Positions 50,822-60,962 are shown, counted from the first letter of the stretch. The stretch: 64,000 bases of DNA from Candidatus Bathyarchaeota archaeon (GCA_963826715.1 CAWGYA010000008.1:416001-480000); one strand, 5' to 3'. The notes: a model not told the origin generated them from the letters alone. Numbers and translations: made by a program.

Positions 50822-52368
50822 TTATAAAAATAAATTAACAGATCCAATATTACCTCTGCGTATAGTAACATAAGCTATTATCCCCAATATAGCGCCCAAA
50901 AATACTATAATTGCTGCCAACACAACCTCGCTACCCAAAGGCTGAGCTGTTAACGTGCCTTTTACTATATGCATACTTATCAGGTGTGTGCTATGGTGAT
51001 ACTTAAAGCAGTAAATCCATGAGTCACCAGCAGAAATAACAGTATAATTGAGTTGTTTGCCATCCAGAGTTGCCTGAAGGTCTTCCCCGTTTTCAACCAT
51101 ATTTTTGGCGATGGTTGCTTGGCGTAACTGTGGTTCCTGTCGGTCCAGTCACGTTAAAGCTTAAAGTAGAGGTGGCATTGTCAAATGCTAAGGCGTAAAC
51201 TGTGCTGTTTGATTCAATAACAAAAGTACTTCTCTCGCTGGGCAGAAAACTCAAGGTTGTAGTGTTGCTAACAGGCGCGTTTTCTGCATCTCCACTCCAC
51301 GCAGCTTTAAACGTGAATGTTCCAGAAGCGCTATTTATCCACTGAATGTTGTAGTTGCCTTCTATGTCAGTTTGGGCTGAACTAATTGGAATCCAAGAAT
51401 CAATTCCCAAAAAATTGTATGATAAAACAACAGTTTTGTTTTGCAATGGGATGTTCGTAGAATTCGCCAAGTTGCCGAAAATGTTAACTGCTGAACCAGC
51501 AACATTTGACAAAGATTGTGCGCTCGCCAAGATTGACAGGCCCCGTTAAGCGAGGGTTGTTTTCTATAAATAGGGGAAACGTAGAAATCATCAAAACAAT
51601 CAGTTCCCCAATAATGTCCCCATTTGCTAAGTGTAGATATATACATAGCATTCGCTTGCGTTGATAGCGTAGGGTTCGGAATAGCGAAATAGACCGTTTT
51701 CATAGAATGAAACTGTTCCATTTGAAATCTCAATTTCAAGTTTGCCAGTCGGCGATAACCATGGGACCTCAACTCTCCACGAGATATTTCCATCAATTCG
51801 GCTTACAACACGAGTTAAGTTCATATGATAATATTTTGTATCAAGTACTTTGTTTAGCATATACCAGTTCGTCGCATTGACTGGGTCTCGGTCTGTTATT
51901 TTCTGGTCACTTATAAGAAGAACCATTTCGGAAACATTGTCGAGTTCTACAACATTAACAGATGTTTCAAATCCTGAGGTGGAGTTTGTACTAATTGGGT
52001 ATTTTGTTACATAGCCTGCTTGGCTCCAATACCAATCTTCCCAGCTTCTGTTGCTGTCTGGCACAGTAACCTGTAATTTTCCGTCCTTCTCTGCGGTTAA
52101 TCCTCCATTTATTTCAATTTTATCCCAAATACCTAGAGTTGAAGGTGTTATCGTCAAAGTTATCTTGCATTTGCGATTGTGGATTTCGTTGAGTTAAGTC
52201 AGATGGGATTGTTGTGCTGCTTAAGTCTTGGATGAATTCTGAGGTACTTGTGAGGGTAGCCTGAGAGGAAGCTTTCGTTGTGGGGGTATCTGAGCAAATT
52301 ACTGTTAATGATAGAATACAGAACAATAAAATACTGATTAATCCAGCTTTGCTGTTTTGGAACAACAT
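50822..52368 (-). pseudogene. Secreted, C-terminally anchored surface protein (Ig-like and lectin-like parts), fragmented
   Basis: Signal peptide in 52120-52368; contiguous pieces 51627-52157, 51362-51796, 51093-51530 and 50822-51100; LSFNVTGPTGT...YHHSTH plus a TM helix. Confidence 0.75.
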
Positions 52369-52412
52369 TGTTTCCCTAATTACCTTTTTTTATTTCTGTA
52401 TTAAAGTGTTTC

Positions 52413-52430
52413 AGTCAAGGTTTTTTGACT
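52413..52430. promoter_or_regulatory. Palindrome AGTCAA-N6-TTGACT directly upstream of a TATA box
   Basis: agtcaaggttttttgact next to CTTTAATA (minus strand) of the 52368 gene; the same motif occurs at 62084-62101. Confidence 0.5.
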
Positions 52431-52859
52431 AACAGAAAGTTGAAGCGTTACGGTTCTCGGAATCTACCTTCCGTTCTTTTCTAGCTATTTAGCAAACAAA
52501 AACCTCTTCACTAATAAGCGTATCAAACGGTTTGCTTATTTCCAATCCGATTTTTACAGACCCTAGCAAAGTAGTCAAAAAATAGGAACAAAAAAGAGAG
52601 GTTGTTTATCTTGCCCAGCAGGGACCATCAGCATACCCGTAGCCATAGCCGCCTTGATATGGAGCTTTCTGGAACAGAGCCGTCAGTTGGTGCCTGAGGC
52701 CCTACATACTGACATTCATAGACTTGGTTTGCTCCATAGCCAAAACAGTTACCTATCCAGACCCAAAACCCTTAGAAGTCGCCGCGTTCAGGGTGACCCG
52801 GGAACTAATTGTGTTTGGTTTTATAGAACTATTTGGGCGGCTGCAATCATAGCTTAGCT

Positions 52860-53084
52860 TCAAGTCTTTGTGACTTTGATAGCGCTCACAGGACAAGCGC
52901 TTTCCGCATCTTGTGCAACGATTATTTTGTCATCGTCAAAACTGCCAGTTGATTTCCCGTTACTTATTCCGCCTTTCACTTTCGACTTACCCTCATCATC
53001 TCTTTCGAAATGGTAAGAATCCCTCGTGTAACAGGCTGCGCACGCTATGCAATCGTCCCTGTTAACTTCAATTTCGAATTTCAA
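52860..53084 (-). CDS. Single-cluster ferredoxin
   Basis: CIACAAC...ACPVSAI. Confidence 0.85.
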   Translation of the reverse strand: MKFEIEVNRDDCIACAACYTRDSYHFERDDEGKSKVKGGISNGKSTGSFDDDKIIVAQDAESACPVSAIKVTKT

Positions 53085-53203
53085 TAAATAACCCTCAACT
53101 TTAACTTTAACTTGGTATGCTAATTTAAATTTATTCTTTTAGATTTTTCTTATTGCTGAAGCTTAATAAAGGCTCTCAGATGAGATAATTACGAAGACCA
53201 ACA

Positions 53204-53333
53204 TTAATTTTTGAACGCATAAAGTCCGAAGGTTTAGCTCACTTCGCGTATTTTTAAGGCTCTAACAAGGAAGCCGTAATTATTGAACCACACCGTGACT
53301 GCCAAAGTTACATTGACCTTGCCAGAAAGAAGA
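53204..53333 (+). pseudogene. N-terminal relic of an MBL-fold hydrolase (rhodanese-fused type)
   Basis: IFERIKSEGLAHFAYF*GSNKEAVIIEPHRDCQSYIDLARKK, then abrupt truncation. Confidence 0.6.
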
Positions 53334-53631
53334 GCCAACTACATTTTAGGTACATCCAGGCGCGGCCTTCTTTGGTTACTCCATGGGGACTAAATAAATC
53401 GGTTAAAAAAGATATTTCAAATTCGTTACCGCATCTTGGACAGTGGTACGCGGTGGCTTTTTTGCGCCACAAGACAAGCATTAACAATCCCCCTGTAAGA
53501 ACCGCCAGCCAAACATACCAATACGTGACAAGCAAAATAAAGGCGGTAATTGAGATGACTAAAACGTAGATGCCTATTAAAAGAAGTGATTTTGTCCAGT
53601 CGCTTCTTTTAGGCTTACGATAAGCTGACAT
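53308..53631 (-). CDS. Two-TM membrane protein with zinc ribbon, probably truncated at the C-terminus
   Basis: YHCPRCGNEF...YLKC, then runs into the antisense MBL relic. Confidence 0.6.
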   Translation of the reverse strand: MSAYRKPKRSDWTKSLLLIGIYVLVISITAFILLVTYWYVWLAVLTGGLLMLVLWRKKATAYHCPRCGNEFEISFLTDLFSPHGVTKEGRAWMYLKCSWLFFLARSM

Positions 53632-54113
53632 TAATGCGCCTTAACGCGGTTTACAGCTTCACAGACTTTATCGGGCTTTTTTGAGGAGAAAACAAACACT
53701 CTCCCCTCTTTGGGACCTACCTCAACTGCGTCCCCAAACGATGTTGTAAACGCAACTGAGCCATCTCTGCCATAGCGGATACCTACCCCGAAATATCGCC
53801 CAAGATTAGATTTAGTTCTCTTACAGTAAGCAACCTCGTCTAAAAGGAACGATTTTTTGTTGAACAAACCATAATCTACGGTAAGTCTACCGTTGCTAAT
53901 TTCTATGGATATTCCTCGGTAATTCCAAATTAAGAAACCAATTAAGGCTAGTATGCTCCAGGCTAATGCAACTCCAATTAAACTCTCAACTGTGAGTCCG
54001 CCAAAATATAGGATTGTAGTACTTATGATAATCTCCAAGGAAACAAACATTGTCACCAAACCTTTGACTAGTTTCCCCATTGGGACCCATTCGGTATAAT
54101 CTGCACTTAGCAT
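53631..54113 (-). CDS. Two-TM membrane protein with bacterial PH-like domain
   Basis: Two TM helices, then FGVGIRY...DAVEV...FVFSSKKPDKV. Confidence 0.65.
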   Translation of the reverse strand: MLSADYTEWVPMGKLVKGLVTMFVSLEIIISTTILYFGGLTVESLIGVALAWSILALIGFLIWNYRGISIEISNGRLTVDYGLFNKKSFLLDEVAYCKRTKSNLGRYFGVGIRYGRDGSVAFTTSFGDAVEVGPKEGRVFVFSSKKPDKVCEAVNRVKAH

Positions 54114-54218
54114 ATTCTAAAAAAATAAGCAGCCAACAATTTATTTTTTCTTATCAACATTTGCTGTTTTTGACATTCAATCGTTATAAAGTCATTAAAG
54201 GTGTGGGCTTTGCCTGTT

Positions 54219-55296
54219 TTAGCTATCAATTGGTGGATTTCCCATATATTGCAACGAAACGGTTATGCGTTGTCTGCTTAGGCTGCTTCTGATTTCGTTA
54301 TTTATTCTAGTATTACCCGTCCCTTGCTTGCATGTCCAAATCGCTTAACCTTCCAGTTCTTCATGTTGCCTTTTATGATTTGGGGATTGCTTGTCAGGAT
54401 GTAGAAGGGCATTTTTGTTTGGGAAGTGTAGAGTTCAGCGATAAAGTTTAGAAGTCGTTTGCCGACTCCGATTCCTTGATAGTCAGGTAGCACCACTAAT
54501 CGGCTAACTCGATAATATTTTGCCTTCATCTTAATGCAGGCAACTGCTATGAAGGCTATGGGTTTATCTTGGTAGAGGGCAACATAACATCGGACTCCTG
54601 CACCTAGAGAGCCGTTTAGATAGTGATATTGCCGAAACATCTTCCAAAGGTTTGTGCCGCACCGATAGATTTTGAGGTCAACGGGCGGCCTGCTTCTTTT
54701 TTTCGACTAAACTCCATCGTATCCGTGCAGAATACCCAGTCGGGTTCCAGCCAATCGACAACGTCATAGTGGCAGGTAACAGCTATGAATTTCTTTTTTG
54801 AACTTCTGCGAACTGCTTTACTTATGGCAAAGGCACTGACTTTAGCAATTTCTCTATCTACAACAGTGTAAACTCGTCAAAGACAACAAAGGTTGATTAA
54901 ACAAAGCGCCCTCGCAATGTCAACACGCATTTTTTCACCTTGACTTAGACAATCATAGCTCTTAAGCCAGTCCGGAGGAGAAGCAAAACCGACACTGCAA
55001 AGCATCCGCGTTATCTCTGAGGTTTCAAGCCATGTGGGGAAATCATCCAAGACGCATTTGCTATTGTATTCAAAACCTTGAATGTAGGCGTCTGGGAAAA
55101 GCTGTTTAGCTATACTGGTTTTACCAGAGCCGCTTCGCCCAACGATAACACCGATTTGCCAATCGAAATCCTCAAGCGGCAAACGGCCCTTAAACCGCTT
55201 CTCCAGTTTCACATCGCTTAAAGTGTAGCTGCCGACAACGCTTTGGGCTCGGAAACTGTCGGATTCTTCCCATCCTTTTACAATGTCAAAATCCGT
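54219..55296 (-). pseudogene. ABC-type ATPase-GNAT acetyltransferase fusion (phage-type), frameshifted
   Basis: Walker A GRSGSGKT, LSQGEKMRV, AVTCHYDV; GNAT FRQYHYL...RVSRLVVLPDYQGIGVG; at least three frame changes; no ATG at the expected start (TDFDIVK). Confidence 0.8.
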
Positions 55297-55847
55297 AACT
55301 TATAACCCTCCGACTTTAGCTTCTCAAAATTTCCTTTTGGTCTGCTTCATCTTTACATTCAATAATGAACTCGTAGGTTTCAGGAACCGAAAAAGAAACC
55401 TCACGCTCATCCACCTCAATGGGGATCTCTCGCCGACAGATTGAAGAAACAACTTTAAATCCTCTTTTTCGCCTCATCAATTATGCGCAGGTACTCGGCG
55501 CTATCCAATTCTTTGTTGTGTTTGCCTTTTAGCTTGTTCAGCACCTGCCGTAGAAGTCGGCGGTCAACATCCTTAATTGGCAAGCGGATGACACTGCACT
55601 CAGTCATGCCAAGCTCCTTCATAGCCGTAACACGCTGCTGCCCATCAGCCACCAAAAGCTCACTATTAGTAACAACAGGAACGATGTCGCCCCATCTTTT
55701 AATTGAAGCTTTCAGGCGATCAAGTTGCGCAAAGCTCATTCGGTTAGGGTTGTCTTGGTCAAACTTGAGCTCGCTGATTTTCACTCGTTCCGACATTGGA
55801 ATCGGAATTTCTTGGTCTCGCTCGGTTTCGACTTGTTGGTCGCTCAT
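55278..55847 (-). pseudogene. ParB/Srx N-terminal domain protein, frameshifted
   Basis: DNPNRM...LKASIKRWG..PVV...VADGQQRV; a shifted C-terminus YEFIIECKDEADQ...EGYKLRILTL overlaps the ABC gene start. Confidence 0.8.
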
Positions 55848-55889
55848 ATTTTCGGATTCTCCATTATGTTTTCTGCAGTCGGTAATTGG

Positions 55890-56630
55890 TCAATTTGTGG
55901 CATTTTTCTTAAACCAGTCGCACTGCTTTGCACAAGTGGGACATTTCTCTTTGAGATAACGTGCGTTTCTTTCAGCAGTTGCTTTTTCCTCAATTTCTTC
56001 TTGCTGTTCTTCTAACTCGTCTTGCCTAGCCTGCTCGGGGGTTCTATTAGCGATAAACTGCTGTATGTCCTGGGTTGTTTTGAAAACATGATGTTGGTAA
56101 CAGTAGCGCTCAAAACTCTCAGGAGTAAATAAGTCATGGTTCCAAGCTGCATAAACGGGAGCTAAACGCCTTTCCTGTTCGCCCTCGCATAGTTCCCAAT
56201 AGCCAAGCGATTCAAAGATTGCTTGTTCCGCGTCGAATTGCTTTTTAAACTTGCGGGTTTCTTCAATGAGCCAATAAAATCGCGTGTAGAACACCCAATT
56301 AGCCATAGGATCTTTATACGTTACAAAAGCATCTGTGTAGGTTTGGAAAATCTCAAATATCCTAGCCATAAAGCGATGGTTCGCTGCATCCACGACTGCT
56401 TGGTCGCTTGCCGACAGCGGAGTATAAGCGGTTTCTCCCCGCGATGATGCTTCCTGCATTTCTTTCATGTGAGCTTCCAAGATTTGAGTCGCTCGCCTAT
56501 GTAATTCGCTTTCAGCTCGATCTAACTCTATGTCACCGTTTTCCCAGGTTATTCTTGTTGTGCCTTCTTCGGGAAGTTCAGGTAACACGTTTTTCTCTAA
56601 TTCACGCAGTTTCCTACTTAAAATGTTCAT
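55890..56630 (-). CDS. Hypothetical protein with C-terminal CxxCxxxC
   Basis: 246-aa helical ORF; ATGA overlap with the upstream ORF. Confidence 0.65.
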   Translation of the reverse strand: MNILSRKLRELEKNVLPELPEEGTTRITWENGDIELDRAESELHRRATQILEAHMKEMQEASSRGETAYTPLSASDQAVVDAANHRFMARIFEIFQTYTDAFVTYKDPMANWVFYTRFYWLIEETRKFKKQFDAEQAIFESLGYWELCEGEQERRLAPVYAAWNHDLFTPESFERYCYQHHVFKTTQDIQQFIANRTPEQARQDELEEQQEEIEEKATAERNARYLKEKCPTCAKQCDWFKKNATN

Positions 56631-57007
56631 TTCCGCTTATCCTCCGGTTTCGGTATTAGTATGCTGTTCTTGAGCTTCTCCTCTAAAGTTAACACCCGAA
56701 GCTCCAACTCCTCATCTTTTAACAAGGGGCCGTAGGTTGAGACGGCTGAGACTAGAACTCTCGCCCAACCCTGCTTTGCTTTGTCGCTGTTTCCTTCGGA
56801 ATGAATTTTTTTGTGGGACAGGCTTAATACACTGTCTAATACGTGAAATAACGTGTTTCTACGCTCCTTTGTGGAACGGTTTAATGATGGTTTCTTAACG
56901 GTTTCAGATTCAACTTTGCCCAAGCTGCACTTTGCCTTCCTTAGGTTAACTCCAACACCTGGAGAAAGACAACAAAGCGAGTTAACACTCAAGACAACAC
57001 AAAACAA
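56627..57007 (-). CDS. Hypothetical helical protein (start probably downstream)
   Basis: WARVLVSAVSTYGPLLKDEELELRVLTLEEKL; first gene of the operon leading to parB. Confidence 0.55.
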   Translation of the reverse strand: MFCVVLSVNSLCCLSPGVGVNLRKAKCSLGKVESETVKKPSLNRSTKERRNTLFHVLDSVLSLSHKKIHSEGNSDKAKQGWARVLVSAVSTYGPLLKDEELELRVLTLEEKLKNSILIPKPEDKRK

Positions 57008-57107
57008 GACAACAATAGCTATATCGACTATTTGTTGATAAAAAACTTTGGGTTTAGTGTATTAAAAATATTTCAATTGAAAAGCAATAAGAAACAAAAA
57101 TGAACTT

Positions 57108-57890
57108 TCAAGAGGAGAACTTAGTTATGGCAATATTTCTTAGTTGCTCTTGAATTTTAGGGTCCTGATATTTTTGTTCATCCTTCAGGTAATCAATCAG
57201 GATTTCATACTCTGTAGGTGCCATTAGCTCTTTTAGCCAGAGGACTCCTTTAGACTTAAACGGGATTAACGATTTAAGAACCATACCTTTAGACTGTGCT
57301 TTTTCCTTCGCACCTTGCTCTCTATCCAGTATTACAACCACGTCATTGCAAATGACGTTTACATTTTTGTCCTTTGCTGCTTCCAATATTTGTTCCCCTC
57401 GCAACTAATTTCGTATCGAATTTGGTTGCTAGGTCGTCAATTATGGCTATATGGTCACCTTCACAAAAATCCCCTTCCACCAAAGAATGGTGACCATGAG
57501 CGTTAACCTTACCCTTTATTTTGGCGAGATGCTCGTTAAATGCTGCTTTTGTCTTAATATCTTCCAAGTTTCTGCCGTAACATGAAGGAATCCCTGAAGC
57601 TATCGTTACGGAGCAAGCAATTGGTATTCCTGCAAGATAAACTCCGACAATTCGGTTAACTTGCGGCATTTCAGTTTTAATCAGCTCTCCAATAGCGGAG
57701 CCTATTTTGTTCAATATTTCTTGACCGTGTTTCTTACTTCCTATTGGACAATATTAATGTAAAAAGGACTCCATAAACCTGAAAACAACCTGTATCCATT
57801 CGGGTTATTCTTGTACCATGTTTCAATCATTCCTTCTTTATAGAGTAATTCTACTATGTCTTTGCAGATCTGTTCTCGATTGAAAGTCAT
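57108..57890 (-). pseudogene. Orotate phosphoribosyltransferase-like protein, two frameshifts
   Basis: MTFNREQ...YRLFSGLWSPFYIN/...GVYLAGIP...HGHHSLVEG...IAIIDDLAT/...VVILDREQG. Confidence 0.8.
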
Positions 57891-57892
57891 TC

Positions 57893-58810
57893 TCAGTTGA
57901 TTCTCCTATACATAACGACGAAATCAGCATATCCACTGATTGAGAAATCATGCCTCTTCCTAAACCCGAGTTTCTCTTTATAGAAGGTTTCTTTGGTTTT
58001 AAAGGCATCTAATGTAATCGTTCGAATACCTTTGAACCGACAATACTCTATAAAGAATAGCATCAGGTCGGTTCCAATGCCCTGTTCACTATAATTAACA
58101 TCGACTGCAAGTGTATCAATACGAGCGGTAGTTGATTTAATATTAAAATGCAACGCTGCTATAATTTTGCTTTCCTTTTCTACGACGAAAACTTTTCCAC
58201 TCTTATTGCATCTCAAAAAATACAAATATTCTCCGATCCCCGTCTTATCGATACGTTCATCGCCACATTTGAACCATTGAGAAGAAACATCGTTTTCATC
58301 TAATTCTCGAACGAAATCGCCTGGTGGAGTCAACACTTGTGGATAAGGCCATTCTATGTCTGGAGGATAACCTTCGAGTAATAGGTAAAGATTGTCCTCA
58401 GCATTAATAATTGAAGAAAAGAAATGGGGAAAACAAGAAGCATTGTTTCTTGCTGCAATACTCATAGTTTTAACATCAATGGCTCCACAAGCAGTAGCCT
58501 GTTTGGCGACTGCTCGAAGCGTGTTTCCTGTATCCACTCTCACGTATGTTATCAGTACTTTTTTGCCCTTTACTTCCGTTTCGGGAAAATTGGTAATTTC
58601 TGTAACATTAGTGCCTTTTCGTACCACATCGCAGGCATAAACTTCAATCTTCTCATTGTTCAAAATTTCAGCTAATCGAGTAACAATTTCAATGCCTGAT
58701 ATTCCGACTGCAATTAATACGGGCAAATCATTTGCATAATACTTTTTTATCTCAATAGAAAGGGAGCTTAGAAGATGAGAAAAAATATCTTCTGTGAGAT
58801 AGACATCCAC
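57893..58810 (-). CDS. Type I PRTase-like domain fused to a GNAT acetyltransferase
   Basis: N-terminal VLIAVGISG...VKGKKVLITYVRVDTGNTL (PRPP loop with DD replaced by YV); C-terminal FKCGDERID...IDTLAVDVNYSEQGIGTDLM...LDA...FYKEKLGF. Confidence 0.85.
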   Translation of the reverse strand: MDVYLTEDIFSHLLSSLSIEIKKYYANDLPVLIAVGISGIEIVTRLAEILNNEKIEVYACDVVRKGTNVTEITNFPETEVKGKKVLITYVRVDTGNTLRAVAKQATACGAIDVKTMSIAARNNASCFPHFFSSIINAEDNLYLLLEGYPPDIEWPYPQVLTPPGDFVRELDENDVSSQWFKCGDERIDKTGIGEYLYFLRCNKSGKVFVVEKESKIIAALHFNIKSTTARIDTLAVDVNYSEQGIGTDLMLFFIEYCRFKGIRTITLDAFKTKETFYKEKLGFRKRHDFSISGYADFVVMYRRIN

Positions 58811-58826
58811 TATTCAAGCCACGGAT

Positions 58827-59069
58827 TTAAGCAATGTTTTCTGGAGAAAGTGATCTTATGGGTGTAGTTTCTATTTCTTTTCCAAGAATCTTGGCAAAGC
58901 ATCTGCGGCATAAGGCACCTTCTTGAGTCTCATATTTCCCTGTAATAGCCTCGTGAATATGAACACCACAATTTGAGCAAATCAAAGCTGGCTTTTCGCG
59001 CAACTGGTCCCTTAAACTTTCAATTCTTTTCTTGGTCTGAGCGTTCATTTTCGATTCACTTTTTGCCAA
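58827..59069 (-). CDS. Small zinc-finger protein
   Basis: CSNC...CRRC; SD GGAGG upstream; 16 nt ahead of the PRTase-GNAT gene. Confidence 0.7.
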   Translation of the reverse strand: MAKSESKMNAQTKKRIESLRDQLREKPALICSNCGVHIHEAITGKYETQEGALCRRCFAKILGKEIETTPIRSLSPENIA

Positions 59070-59547
59070 TAGAATCCCTCCTTTAATAATAAAAACTTAC
59101 CTATACTTCGCGTTAACTTTGTTGGTCTATGCGAACAGTTATTTGCTTTTTTAGGTGCACACGTGGTGCACTCCATTTTGCGCTCGCTAAAATCAGTCTC
59201 CATACTTGATAGCGTGGTGCACCAGTGCTCATCGATTCCATGTTTATGCTCGCTAATAATAATGGATTTAAGCACAAACTTATTATCAGCTATACAGATT
59301 TAAGTTTTTCCAAACTTAGCCATTATTAATCAAAGCTCGTTGCAGTACAAATTAGCTTAATTACGTCAGTTATCGAGACTTAATTTAAAAAAGGCCTGAA
59401 ATTAATTTTTCAGGCTTAAAGTTGTAAGTTGGTTATCAAGGACCATCAAAAGCCGATTAAAAAAGGGAATTAGCGGGAGATTTTGCCACTTTAACCTTAT
59501 AGAAGCCATAAAAGACCACTATATTACGACTATTTTTTGCAGACGAC

Positions 59548-60027
59548 TTATTGAAATGGCAACCAAGTTGTGTTAATATAAACGAGAATAAGTATCCAGG
59601 CGACAAAGAATATCAAGGGCATGACTTGCGTTAAGTATGATGGGCTTTTTATTTTCTTTTTAGTTAGTTCACTTTCGATAGATGCGAAGCAGTGAAACCT
59701 ATCTATTTCATTGCTTAGTTTTATCATTTCTTGCCGCCATTTATCAATCCAGTGAAGAGACCCCTTCAGAACTAGAAACCATAAAAGAGCTATAGAAAGT
59801 CCAATTATGGGGACGAGTGAAACTAGGAAAGAATAACCATCTAGGAGGGTTGGATAAATTAATATGAATGCAGAAAAGAGGCCAGTATTTGTTATTAGAT
59901 AAAAGTTTGCTCTATTCCAAAATTCCCTTAGATCCTGATTAAAATGGTCGGCAACAATTTTATAGGTTTCAATATCAATTTTATTTATCTGATCCTTAAG
60001 TGAATTTGAAGCGTCGCTTGTTGTCAT
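59548..60027 (-). CDS. Three-TM membrane protein (RipA/octameric membrane protein-like; inference)
   Basis: YKIV...WNRANFYLITNTGL-TM-TM...W...IE...TM layout; ATGA overlap with the upstream gene. Confidence 0.65.
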   Translation of the reverse strand: MTTSDASNSLKDQINKIDIETYKIVADHFNQDLREFWNRANFYLITNTGLFSAFILIYPTLLDGYSFLVSLVPIIGLSIALLWFLVLKGSLHWIDKWRQEMIKLSNEIDRFHCFASIESELTKKKIKSPSYLTQVMPLIFFVAWILILVYINTTWLPFQ

Positions 60028-60449
60028 ATATAATCTCTCTTTTTGCTTTTCCTTCGCTTTTTTGGAATAATTGAAGTGCTATTAGGGATTTTTCTGGTGC
60101 AATCAAATAACAAATGACCAAGTGGGTTACGATTTGGATCTTGTGAGTCTATGTGTCGTTTTATTTTAAAGCCCTTGTTTGAATTGTGAACATCACCGTG
60201 CAATCGCCGTCCATCAGGAAGAGGTTTTTCAAATGTAATTTTTGCCCCAGGTTTATTTCCTTGCAGTGAAGGACCTATTTTATAGCGTTTGTTACGGAGA
60301 TGAGTTTCGATCCCTTCCAAGGTTGTTGGGGGTAACACAAATTTTTTAGGACCTTTGTTTTTTAATCCAGTTGATTTTCTCGCTCTATTACCATAAGAAC
60401 TATTTGATTTCCTTGCTCTGTAACTCAATGTATTGTTTCCACCTAGCAA
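60024..60449 (-). CDS. Highly basic hypothetical protein
   Basis: 141 aa; RRLHGDVH...RHIDSQDPNRNPLGHLLFD. Confidence 0.55.
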   Translation of the reverse strand: MLGGNNTLSYRARKSNSSYGNRARKSTGLKNKGPKKFVLPPTTLEGIETHLRNKRYKIGPSLQGNKPGAKITFEKPLPDGRRLHGDVHNSNKGFKIKRHIDSQDPNRNPLGHLLFDCTRKIPNSTSIIPKKRRKSKKRDYI

Positions 60450-60937
60450 GAGTTGACTAAAGGATACAAATTACATGGTTAGCGCTAATTGGTATTGAAT
60501 CTTTCGTTATAGTCAAAAAAAGAGAATTATGCTGAGAATGGAGACGTCGCCTATGAAAGCCTTAATATAGATTAAAGTTATGTTTTTCCGGATAAGGGTA
60601 TCATCATTTTCATTTTTCGTCAAATTACAAAGTTTTTAAAAACAGATTAATTTTCTCTCAAGAAATCTTTGTAGGGCTTTATGCTTACAAGAAGATGGTG
60701 AGCCAGTTTGCTATGAATTTAAATTACAAAGCTAAATTAATTGGTAATATGGACACTAAGAAAACAAAAAACGAGAATATTCAAAAGATTTTGAGAGAAC
60801 AATGGCTTGTTATTGACGCGAGTCATGAAGCTATAATTGCTGATATAAAGAAACTTGTAGAAGAAAGAACTAAAATTTGAAGTTAGACGGATTATATAAA
60901 AAAAGAGATTAGTCGGGTTATGTATCCACTGGATAGA

Positions 60938-60962
60938 GGGTTCGAATCCCACCCCCTGCACC
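60938..60962 (+). repeat. att repeat 2 (3' end of tRNA-Leu)
   Basis: Identical to 38972-38996. Confidence 0.95.

Larger units (their letters stand above)
38972..60962. mobile_element. Integrative element (about 22 kb) inserted in the 3' end of tRNA-Leu
   Basis: Identical 25-bp repeat gggttcgaatcccaccccctgcacc at 38972-38996 and 60938-60962; integrase adjacent to the tRNA; defence and modification cargo. Confidence 0.92.
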
